A stretch of DNA of 29,026 bases from a virus (Duplodnaviria > Caudoviricetes). A program made the translations under genes and the position numbers. The stretch lies in IMG/VR virus record IMGVR_UViG_3300032013_000005, positions 1 to 29,026 of that record. One strand, 5' to 3'. This document shows, one piece after another, positions 1 to 7,519 of the stretch. Every line of letters begins with the position of its first letter. Positions within the stretch are counted from its first letter, which is position 1. The notes under the pieces are model-generated. The model was given only the letters and a program-made list of their open reading frames with translations. It searched no databases and was not told the origin of the DNA.

Positions 1-1428
1 CAAGCCTTGCGTGTACTGTGTACCAGCGCCCTGCAGTCCACCAGCAAGCTGTTGACCAGCACCAGCGGAGGTTTGTCCGTAGAGCTGCTGTGCTGCTTGA
101 TTCGCTCCACCATATTGCTGTTCATACGCCTGGACTATGGCGGCGTTCTGCGCCATCGCATTCATGAGATTCGACGAGTATTGCCCACCAATCTGTTGTT
201 CACCACTGAGGTATTGTGAGCCAAGACCACCCTGCAAACCTTGATACTGCCCAGCGAGATTCGCAAGATTTGTCACGACTGGCATACCATACTCAGCGGT
301 CGCTCGTGCAATAGCAGCATTGACCGCTCCTCCACCTTCAAGACCTTGAAGAGCCATCTGCTGATTAATCTGTGGTCGTGCTATTTGATTGATATAGTTC
401 GATGTTTGATCGAGACCAAGCTTGGTGATATCGGTTGAGAGCTGACCATAGCGAGCAGCATTATCCGTTTGCTGGCGTGTCAGCGCATCAGCATTCATAC
501 GCTGCTGTACGCCTAATGTATCCCGAGCAGCCGCTTGCTGTCGTGTCAACACATCCGCAGATGTACCAAGTTGCTGTCGTAAGACATTCTCCGCATTAGC
601 GGTATTCATGTTGAGCACATTGCCTGCTTGATCGAGCTGTCGCCCATAGCCTTCATTGACCAGACCAAGCTGACGCTGAAACGCTTCTTCACCACCAGCA
701 CGTTGTTCAGCAAGTGTGGCTCTGTTCAAACCGAGTTGCGTGTTGTAGGCATTATCAATCGCGCCTAACTGTGTACCATATGCACCACTGGTTAAGCCTA
801 GTTGCGTGTTCAGTGCATTGCCTATGGCACCAAGTTGTGTATTGTATGCACCAGCATTCAAGCCAAGTTGCTGTCCTAACACATCTTGCGCACTTGCAAG
901 CTGCTGCCCCAATACATTCCCGGCTACGCCGTATTGTTGACCAGCAACAGCACCAGCGTCACCTAACTGAGTGCTTCGCACATTGCCCAAGAGATTCTGC
1001 CCACCAGTAAGATATTGATTTGCATTGGCTTGCTGAAGCCCAAGGGTGCTGTCAAGACGATTGATATAGTTATTCAAGTTCAGATTTGATAAGTCTAAAC
1101 CTTGACCATAGGCTGCTTGCTGAATCTGTGCCGCATTATTCGCATTGCCAAGCAATGAGTTGGTGCCAAGACTTGCATAATCAAGGGTGTTGTAGGGGAC
1201 ATTATTGGCATAGCCAGTCATGCCCATATTGTATAAATCGTTGACGTATGGACTTGGTTGATACGCAGCGTTTGGTCCAGCAAACTGAAAGCCACCCCCA
1301 CCAGCACCGAGGACGTTACGGCTATACTGCAAGCGGAGATTGTTGAGTGCTTGCGTAGTTGGATCGACTTTCGTCGTCTGTGCTTGCGTTCCACCACCGC
1401 CAGTGATACTTGTAACAAGATCACCCAT
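1..1428 (-). CDS. Putative internal virion / DNA ejection (pilot) protein, 3'-truncated by the window edge (>=476 aa); missing from the ORF track
   Basis: Translated by hand: MGDLVTSITGGGGTQAQTTKVDPTTQALNNLRLQ..., with no stop down to base 1. It is Q/G/A/N/L-rich and has 11-aa repeats (YNTQLGAIGNA/LNTQLGLTSGA/YGTQLGAIDNA). The ATG overlaps the upstream stop. Its position after a GNAT-like gene is typical of podovirus ejection proteins. Confidence 0.8.
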   Translation of the reverse strand, partial: MGDLVTSITGGGGTQAQTTKVDPTTQALNNLRLQYSRNVLGAGGGGFQFAGPNAAYQPSPYVNDLYNMGMTGYANNVPYNTLDYASLGTNSLLGNANNAAQIQQAAYGQGLDLSNLNLNNYINRLDSTLGLQQANANQYLTGGQNLLGNVRSTQLGDAGAVAGQQYGVAGNVLGQQLASAQDVLGQQLGLNAGAYNTQLGAIGNALNTQLGLTSGAYGTQLGAIDNAYNTQLGLNRATLAEQRAGGEEAFQRQLGLVNEGYGRQLDQAGNVLNMNTANAENVLRQQLGTSADVLTRQQAAARDTLGVQQRMNADALTRQQTDNAARYGQLSTDITKLGLDQTSNYINQIARPQINQQMALQGLEGGGAVNAAIARATAEYGMPVVTNLANLAGQYQGLQGGLGSQYLSGEQQIGGQYSSNLMNAMAQNAAIVQAYEQQYGGANQAAQQLYGQTSAGAGQQLAGGLQGAGTQYTQGL

Positions 1429-1891
1429 CGGCTTCGCCCTCTGCTAAAGCTTTCTCTAAAGCATCATAGTCAATCATGATTGTTCTCACTGCCTTAAAGC
1501 CATAGCGCTTCTCATATGCTTTGACATTCTTCACGGTCGTAAAGGTCATGAAGGCTGCGCCAATCTGCTGCTTCAGCTTCCGACCATACTCAACCAATTC
1601 ATCAAAGCGTTGGAGGTCAGCTTTATCTGCCTGATATTGATGGCAACTGAGCACTACGACGCCAGCGAGATTCTGAATCTCCAGCACGGCATGCGCAACC
1701 ACTTCGTATTGCTGATTCAACTCGACTAAGATTTGAATGCTTCCATCATTGCTATAGAATCTATTGAGCCAGAACTCCACAATTGGTCCTGCTGGTGCTT
1801 CAGGTGTGACATCAGCAGCAAATGCTGTCAGTCTATTAAACAATACTCCGTGTAGACTTTTCCCAAGATGATCATTGGCTAAGACAATCAT
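1421..1891 (-). CDS. Putative GNAT-fold virion assembly protein (positional analogue of T7 gp13 / P22 gp14), ~156 aa
   Basis: Start moved to MIVLANDH (GGAAGG upstream). The C-terminal 'VKAYEKRYGFKAVRTIM' resembles the GNAT Y-x-x-x-GF motif. It lies just before the ejection-type gene. Confidence 0.5.
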   Translation of the reverse strand: MIVLANDHLGKSLHGVLFNRLTAFAADVTPEAPAGPIVEFWLNRFYSNDGSIQILVELNQQYEVVAHAVLEIQNLAGVVVLSCHQYQADKADLQRFDELVEYGRKLKQQIGAAFMTFTTVKNVKAYEKRYGFKAVRTIMIDYDALEKALAEGEADG

Positions 1892-2240
1892 ATGCAGCCT
1901 TCCTGCCTGCTTCAAGCGCAGCATTTTCCTCTTTGGTTGCTTCCCAACGTTGCAGTACTTGTGCGATATCTGTTCTCCCAGCTAAGATATCGAGCAGTTG
2001 CAGTATCTTTTGCCACGTTCCAGGATCGAAATGCTTCTCTAACCCATACGCTTCAAACATGCGCATATTCATTTCGTACATGCGGATATCAGACAGTTGC
2101 AGCATATCATTCGCTAACGTCCGCATCTCGTCAACATCAGCATGCATAATCTCGCCGGTGACTGGATTCCACTGGCAGACATCCACAACAAACTGTTCGC
2201 CTTGACCAGTGACCCTAGTGATTGCTGTACGGATGGGCAT
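1872..2240 (-). CDS. Hypothetical protein, 122 aa (morphogenesis operon)
   Basis: Tightly packed, co-oriented ORF with GAAAG upstream. Confidence 0.75.
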   Translation of the reverse strand: MPIRTAITRVTGQGEQFVVDVCQWNPVTGEIMHADVDEMRTLANDMLQLSDIRMYEMNMRMFEAYGLEKHFDPGTWQKILQLLDILAGRTDIAQVLQRWEATKEENAALEAGRKAAYDCLSQ

Positions 2241-2243
2241 ATG

Positions 2244-2435
2244 TCAATCTTTCAACACACGTTGACGTGGCCGTGGTGGTTGTGTATACCGATGGACTTT
2301 TCCACCATGTACCACAATCTCTTCATGATCGTATGGATAGTACGGATGAATACCATGCTTTCTCAGTAGCTCATCGTACTCAAGAATACACTGCCGCATT
2401 TCAATATCGTCGATTATCACTCTACGCTGATACAC
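2244..2435 (-). CDS. Hypothetical protein, 63 aa
   Basis: GAGG RBS before a GTG start; fills the gap in the operon. Confidence 0.65.
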   Translation of the reverse strand: MYQRRVIIDDIEMRQCILEYDELLRKHGIHPYYPYDHEEIVVHGGKVHRYTQPPRPRQRVLKD

Positions 2436-2470
2436 ACGATACCTCAGCAGCTCACGAGCAGCTCACGCTG

Positions 2471-3001
2471 CTAAAAAGGCAACTGCATAGCATGGCCACT
2501 ATTGCCAAGCTGACCAAGGAAACCACTCATATCAAAGAATTGATCCGTTGATGCAAGCTTCGCTACCGACTGACCTTCAGGTGTACTCACAATGACGTAA
2601 CTCTTAAAGGTGCTGTTGAACAAGTTCGCATCAGCACGTTGCGCAAGTTGATCCTGGTGTTGGAGATCGCCAGCGATCTCAGCAGGGACAATTACGATAC
2701 CAGGACCATAGCTGACGGATTCCTGACCATCTATACGGATCAACTTCCCCTCCGGGCTATACACAGCGTTCCCGCCTGATGTCATCGTTTGCTTGGTATG
2801 GAGCGCAATGCGCACCATGCTCTTACCAACACGCTGTGCGGCTGAAGCCGCTTTCTCTGGCATACCATATGGACGCTCAAACAGTGCAGACTGCGGTACA
2901 GCAGGCTCTTCAGGCTTCGCTATACCGCTGATCTCAACCTGTAAGCCGTGTTGTTCAAACACGGCGTAGGCTTCCTCAAGGGATATCTTTTTCCTAGGCA
3001 T
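2471..3001 (-). CDS. Hypothetical protein directly downstream of the MCP, 176 aa
   Basis: Co-oriented ORF with AGAAAG RBS; no recognisable motif. Confidence 0.8.
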   Translation of the reverse strand: MPRKKISLEEAYAVFEQHGLQVEISGIAKPEEPAVPQSALFERPYGMPEKAASAAQRVGKSMVRIALHTKQTMTSGGNAVYSPEGKLIRIDGQESVSYGPGIVIVPAEIAGDLQHQDQLAQRADANLFNSTFKSYVIVSTPEGQSVAKLASTDQFFDMSGFLGQLGNSGHAMQLPF

Positions 3002-3027
3002 AGCGCTTCGCGCTTTCTATGACAGTA

Positions 3028-4320
3028 CTAAGCTGCGAGCGGAGGAGCCAGTGCTGATCCTGTCTCAAAGCGCTCAATAAACGCATTGTCCAGAATGAAA
3101 CTCTTCCGCATAAACTTCGCACCAACCTTACGGCGCTGTGCAATCGGGTCGGAGTCTGTTGGTCCTTTCGGCGTGATGAAGGTTTGCAGTGCCATACCGT
3201 TCAGTGTACACGTGCCGAACGCTCCCTTACCGCAGACAAAGCCCGGATACACGTTGATACCAAGTGCTGGTGACGCTGGTCCAACCGCTTCCGTCCCGAC
3301 AGGCTGCACACTGATCGTGGTATTCGCACTCGCCGCAGTCCGTGATGCAACGAGGTATGTTGTCGTTCCACCGATTTGCGACATGTACCAATCATACGTG
3401 TAGCCAGTACTACTTGGCGAACGCAGCACAACGGTCCCTGTAGCGCCTACAGCAATAGATGCTGATTGAACTGAAATACGCCGTTCATAGTCTGTTGAGA
3501 TTTCACGAGCAACGACTTTGAACTGATAGTTCCCAGCAGCGAGACTTCCGCCACTACCAGCAGTGATCTGCCCTTTTGTTGCAGTAATAGCTGATGCATC
3601 TGGTGCAGCCACACCAACATAGAACGGCATGAAGTTACCAGTGACCCAATCGACACCCATCCATGGACCAATATAGCCATACTCTAGCTTGGCGATGCGA
3701 CTAAACGCTGAGGCATTCTGGAAGGTCGTATCTGAGCCGAGGACTGCGGCTTTATGTGGTGGTTGCATCACACCCATATAGTAGCCATCCGGCATATACT
3801 TGATGGCCCCACGCATTTCAAGCTTCGCATTGATGGTGATGATCATGGCGGTGTTCATCACATCAGTGTTGGCAAGGGTAGCACGAGACGTTACTGCACC
3901 AGGATAGGTCACATTGGTTGCCGCCATAAGCACGTTCGCATCTTCACGCTCCATGGTTTCTTTCATGGCTAAGCTTACTCGCTCAATGCCAATGCTGAAA
4001 ATGGGATGCTTGGTGGTCAGCTCAAGTACGTCTGTAAAAGCTGCGACAATACCCCATTGCTCCACCACTGTGTCCACGTTAGTCAACGTGAGTGCATTGG
4101 TGAAGGGGGTGACACCTTCAACGAGCTGTGCATTAGGCAGTGCAAGGCGTTCGACGCGAACAACGCGTAACGTCTTCCCCATCTTCTGCTCAAGCGTGAA
4201 TTGATCCGCAAGCTTTTGCAGTACCAGTATCCGCTGGAGAAGATCAATCATCTTTGCGTGAATATACACATTCGGTGCATCAACAGCCGCAACAGCGAAA
4301 GTTGTGTATGCATCAGCCAT
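3028..4320 (-). CDS. Major capsid protein, N4-gp56-like family, with an inserted Ig/FN3-like domain
   Basis: Family motifs 'LVEGVTP', 'VEQWG...FTDV', 'GYIGPWMGVDWV' and 'TDSDPIAQRRKVGAK'. It follows the scaffold gene and is 430 aa. Confidence 0.92.
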   Translation of the reverse strand: MADAYTTFAVAAVDAPNVYIHAKMIDLLQRILVLQKLADQFTLEQKMGKTLRVVRVERLALPNAQLVEGVTPFTNALTLTNVDTVVEQWGIVAAFTDVLELTTKHPIFSIGIERVSLAMKETMEREDANVLMAATNVTYPGAVTSRATLANTDVMNTAMIITINAKLEMRGAIKYMPDGYYMGVMQPPHKAAVLGSDTTFQNASAFSRIAKLEYGYIGPWMGVDWVTGNFMPFYVGVAAPDASAITATKGQITAGSGGSLAAGNYQFKVVAREISTDYERRISVQSASIAVGATGTVVLRSPSSTGYTYDWYMSQIGGTTTYLVASRTAASANTTISVQPVGTEAVGPASPALGINVYPGFVCGKGAFGTCTLNGMALQTFITPKGPTDSDPIAQRRKVGAKFMRKSFILDNAFIERFETGSALAPPLAA

Positions 4321-4340
4321 CTTTTACTAGCCTTTCGTTA

Positions 4341-4447
4341 GATTGACGGCTTCGCCGTATCAATCTTCACCGATTAGATTGAGCAGTATGGTGTGTGCAT
4401 ACTGCCCACATTGTACACACGTTTAGTAGACAGGCGGCTCAAGCCGC
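4341..4447 (-). promoter_or_regulatory. Structured leader between scaffold and MCP genes (three hairpins)
   Basis: GATTG-ACGGC-TTC-GCCGT-AT-CAATC (4341-4365), GCAGTATG-N7-CATACTGC (4383-4405), GCGGCTCAAGCCGC (4434-4447). Confidence 0.6.
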
Positions 4448-4461
4448 AAGATCAAGCTGTA

Positions 4462-5031
4462 TCAGAACGTGATGCCTTCTAAGGCTTTCTCCATCTCCTC
4501 TAGCGGCAAGTTCTCAAAGTTCCCCCACTTACTATCATTCTTCGCTTTATTCATCATAGCCGCACCAAAGTCTGTACTCATCTCAGCACGTTCAACTTGC
4601 GCTTTCTTCCGACTGTTCTGCTTCTCCACGAACTTCTCTGGATCAGCACGGAATTCACGACCGAGTATGGCATCATAGAGATCTTTGCGAGGGATACCAC
4701 GGCCCTGTTGGATTAACTCACCAAACAGCCGTTCAATGGACTCACTGTGTTCCAGTGCATCAGGATTATCTCGGTAGAATCGGACCTCATCTTGGACAGC
4801 ACTGGTGTTCGTAATCGCTTGATTGAGTGCTGGTCCCACAACCGGTCCAATGGTTTCCGCAATCAAACGATGCTGTTGTTGCTGCTGCTGATCTATCTGC
4901 TGCGGAGCAGGTTGCTGCTGTGGCGTGAATTCTTTCATGTAGCTCTGGACTTGATCACGAATGAATGAGGTCACTTTCTCAAAGTCAGCAGCTTCATTGC
5001 TGGCTTCGCCAGTATTCGGTTCTTCAGCCAT
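4462..5031 (-). CDS. Capsid scaffolding protein
   Basis: Acidic, helical, Q-rich 189-aa protein between portal and MCP. It ends in the typical scaffold helix 'FENLPLEEMEKAL'. Confidence 0.8.
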   Translation of the reverse strand: MAEEPNTGEASNEAADFEKVTSFIRDQVQSYMKEFTPQQQPAPQQIDQQQQQQHRLIAETIGPVVGPALNQAITNTSAVQDEVRFYRDNPDALEHSESIERLFGELIQQGRGIPRKDLYDAILGREFRADPEKFVEKQNSRKKAQVERAEMSTDFGAAMMNKAKNDSKWGNFENLPLEEMEKALEGITF

Positions 5032-5034
5032 GAT

Positions 5035-6927
5035 TTACCTCTGCTGTACAAAGCCTGACTGTGGCTGTGGAAGTTGATATGCTAAGCCTGGCATTGGGCT
5101 TTGTGCTTGCGCACCATTCTGTTGACCATTCGTAGAAGTCCCTGGTGCACCAGACGAACCTGACGCTGTTGGTGGTGCCGCACCATTGCCAGCGCCAGGA
5201 GCACCAGGCATAGGCTGTCCGCCTGGCACACCAGGTTGCTGTAGCGCCATTGGCGCTTGTTCCATCTGCACGAGGATATTACTCAAGCCACGCTCACCAA
5301 GCGTATGCCGCCAGATGTACTGAATCATCTCGGCGAGGTTCACCGCGTAGCCCTGTCCAGCAAGCTGTTGTTGGACCTGTGGATTTGCCAGCATATTCAG
5401 CATGATCAAACTGCGTTGTGCGCGTTGTGAGTCATCCTGGAATTGCTGCGCACCGATCCATTCAAACTCATAATCTCCGAGGATATCGGATCGCTTCAAG
5501 ATGTTACTTTGGACACCAGCACCATAGAAGGCCATACCTCCAGGTATCCGCATCAACTGCTCATCTGGGATGAAGCTGCTCACCTTATAGATGTCTGAGA
5601 GTGCTTGTGTGAGCACTTCCTGCTCAAGGATTTCTGCCACATCGGACACATCAGCCATACCGAGATTGACTAAGCTTTGCACGGCTGAGCCAGCTCTCGG
5701 CATGTTTCGTCCTGGTTGGCCTTCAGCAATGGTGCCTGCACCACCCATGCTTTGCATCAGCCCAGTCACGATCTGAAATGCTCTCAACTGATTGACAGAA
5801 GTTATGGGTGGTTGAATAAATTGCATCGCTTGCTTCGGATCATCATTGAACATCCACAAGGCTCTACCTTTAGCCTTCCAACTGTCATGGCGACGGTCGG
5901 CTTGTGCAGCAACAAAGCCTTGTTCCCAATCAACGCTACTCATGAACTGATTAAACAAGTCATTCTGAACATTGTCGAGTTCATTGATGTCTTCAGACTG
6001 TGCAGGAGTATACAGCTCACCAGGGAGTGGACGATGGACGGTCATACGGTAGAGTGGTTCATCATAGGAGCTTTTGAAGAAACCAACAATACGAGGTCCA
6101 CGCTTGAGATTCCAGGCGATGTAGACTTGGTATTGCACATCTTCTCGGCGTATCCACAGCTCAGTCAAGCTCACAAACGCTTCAGTCGTTGCTGCAAGCT
6201 CAGCATCAATGCGCCGTGAGCGTGTCTCGATATCTTGCGCAACATCAGCAGTGGGGTCTGTAATGCCCTGGTATGCCAAACGCTCTACCAGATGATACGG
6301 CCAATCTGGCTTCGTCAAGTCTGATATCTCAAGATCATCCACAAGGCCCTTACGCGCATAGGTCTTGTATTTCTCGTATGAGCACAGATGATCTTCAAAG
6401 ACTTTCTCTGCCTCTTCAACAACAGGGGAAGTTTCTGGGTAGATGTAAAACGAGAAGGGATCAATCGCACGCCATGAAGGCCACACGTTACCGTTCAACA
6501 CCTGGATGGAGGTCTTCAGCACGGAAAAGCTATACAGCATCAAGCAACGGACGAGCTGTGATACTATTGGTCGAGTTCTGATACGCTTACGGAGAACGTA
6601 ATTCATCCATTGATCGACGTTGCTGACTTTCTCAGGCGGAACATCGGCTGCTGGAGCCACTTCAAACCACCGCACAGACGGTGTGAGCATTTTCACGGCA
6701 CGAGTCGCAAAGCGTTCTTGAGTACGTCTCGCTGCTGGAATATCGTAGAGGTCTGCAACAGACTTACCTTCAGGAATCACTCTGGCCAGATGATTGCCAA
6801 ACCACTGACGGCGGGATGCTAACATACGCTGTTCAACGAGGAGCCGACGCTGACGAATCGCAATGATTTCATCGCAATACGCTCGGCTGTAGGCTTGCTT
6901 CAGTTCACTTTCTTGCTGAATCGGCAT
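5035..6927 (-). CDS. Portal protein (podovirus type)
   Basis: 630 aa, between TerL and scaffold. Portal-like motifs 'WRAIDPFSFYIYP' and 'HRPLPGELY', plus a disordered P/Q/G-rich C-terminal tail. Confidence 0.88.
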   Translation of the reverse strand: MPIQQESELKQAYSRAYCDEIIAIRQRRLLVEQRMLASRRQWFGNHLARVIPEGKSVADLYDIPAARRTQERFATRAVKMLTPSVRWFEVAPAADVPPEKVSNVDQWMNYVLRKRIRTRPIVSQLVRCLMLYSFSVLKTSIQVLNGNVWPSWRAIDPFSFYIYPETSPVVEEAEKVFEDHLCSYEKYKTYARKGLVDDLEISDLTKPDWPYHLVERLAYQGITDPTADVAQDIETRSRRIDAELAATTEAFVSLTELWIRREDVQYQVYIAWNLKRGPRIVGFFKSSYDEPLYRMTVHRPLPGELYTPAQSEDINELDNVQNDLFNQFMSSVDWEQGFVAAQADRRHDSWKAKGRALWMFNDDPKQAMQFIQPPITSVNQLRAFQIVTGLMQSMGGAGTIAEGQPGRNMPRAGSAVQSLVNLGMADVSDVAEILEQEVLTQALSDIYKVSSFIPDEQLMRIPGGMAFYGAGVQSNILKRSDILGDYEFEWIGAQQFQDDSQRAQRSLIMLNMLANPQVQQQLAGQGYAVNLAEMIQYIWRHTLGERGLSNILVQMEQAPMALQQPGVPGGQPMPGAPGAGNGAAPPTASGSSGAPGTSTNGQQNGAQAQSPMPGLAYQLPQPQSGFVQQR

Positions 6928-6944
6928 GGAGCTGCATAACCCAC

Positions 6945-7011
6945 ATTATAGATAAAATCTATACGACATGTTATCACAGTGATAATATCTATAAGCTCAG
7001 TCAAAAGTCAA
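6945..7011 (-). promoter_or_regulatory. AT-rich promoter/operator region upstream of the portal gene
   Basis: TTGACT(7011-7006)-N18-TATTAT(6987-6982) and a TATAAT at 6950-6945. Palindromes TATAGAT-AAA-ATCTATA (6947-6963) and TTATCAC-A-GTGATAA (6971-6985). Confidence 0.55.
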
Positions 7012-7054
7012 TAGGCAGCTTCACCGAGAAAAGGTGAGAAGACTGCTGATCCAC

Positions 7055-7175
7055 AAGTACTTGACAATCGCTCCACATCCCGTGCCTTCGGCGAGCCGTC
7101 CGCTGAGCCATAGGAATGGCGCAGCGGACGCTCACCAAATGCTACGGGATGTCTCGCTATGATTGTCAAGTACTT
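7055..7175 (-). promoter_or_regulatory. Long fold-back element E1 (ssoA/Frpo-like single-strand promoter or primer origin)
   Basis: Perfect 15-bp terminal IR AAGTACTTGACAATC, with further stems ACATCCCG, CGTCCGCTG and GCCAT. Carries TTGACA-N19-TAGCAT on the minus strand and is homologous to 11175-11308. Confidence 0.7.
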
Positions 7176-7182
7176 CTTCCCA

Positions 7183-7278
7183 CTACAGCGCATCAGAACA
7201 CTTCTGGCTACAAATCGGCTCAACACCTTTAGGTGCGATAAATTCACGACCACACACAATACAAATATACTGAATCAC
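7183..7278 (-). CDS. 31-aa zinc-ribbon microprotein (not in the ORF track)
   Basis: GGAG RBS plus GTG start; MIQYICIVCGREFIAPKGVEPICSQKCSDAL*, with CxxC...CxxxC. Confidence 0.6.
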   Translation of the reverse strand: MIQYICIVCGREFIAPKGVEPICSQKCSDAL

Positions 7279-7283
7279 AGTGG

Positions 7284-7517
7284 TTACTCCACATCGAGCA
7301 TATGGAGCACTGCACCACCCCAACCACGGGTGAGCCCATAAGGACCACGAAATATCTCTCTCCGAATATCAGCAAGAGCGCCATGCAGGGTTTCGAGTGT
7401 CTCTGAGTCAGTATAGCCAAGTTGTACGAGGAGTGCTGGAAGCTTTTCATAATCAGTTGTTGCAAACATACTATCTGGGCCGTCTTCATCGTAGTCATAG
7501 AGGAGGTAGATGCGCAT
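7284..7517 (-). CDS. Hypothetical protein, 77 aa
   Basis: GGAG RBS; starts 2 nt after the TerL stop. Confidence 0.75.
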   Translation of the reverse strand: MRIYLLYDYDEDGPDSMFATTDYEKLPALLVQLGYTDSETLETLHGALADIRREIFRGPYGLTRGWGGAVLHMLDVE

Positions 7518-7519
7518 AG

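Noticed and set aside
1218-1424. 68-aa minus-strand ORF in the track
   Set aside because: It is out of frame inside the much longer 1428-><1 ORF, which has a coupled start and coherent composition
2446-2467. 11-bp tandem duplication AGCAGCTCACG x2
   Set aside because: Real but only two copies in a short spacer; most simply a slippage duplication
7055-7175. E1 as a MITE, tRNA or intrinsic terminator
   Set aside because: No target-site duplication, cloverleaf or U-tract. E1 and E2 conserve internal promoter-like motifs rather than terminal repeats.
7008-7259. 83-aa minus-strand ORF across E1
   Set aside because: No RBS; it overlaps the better-supported 31-aa zinc ribbon and runs through a structured non-coding element
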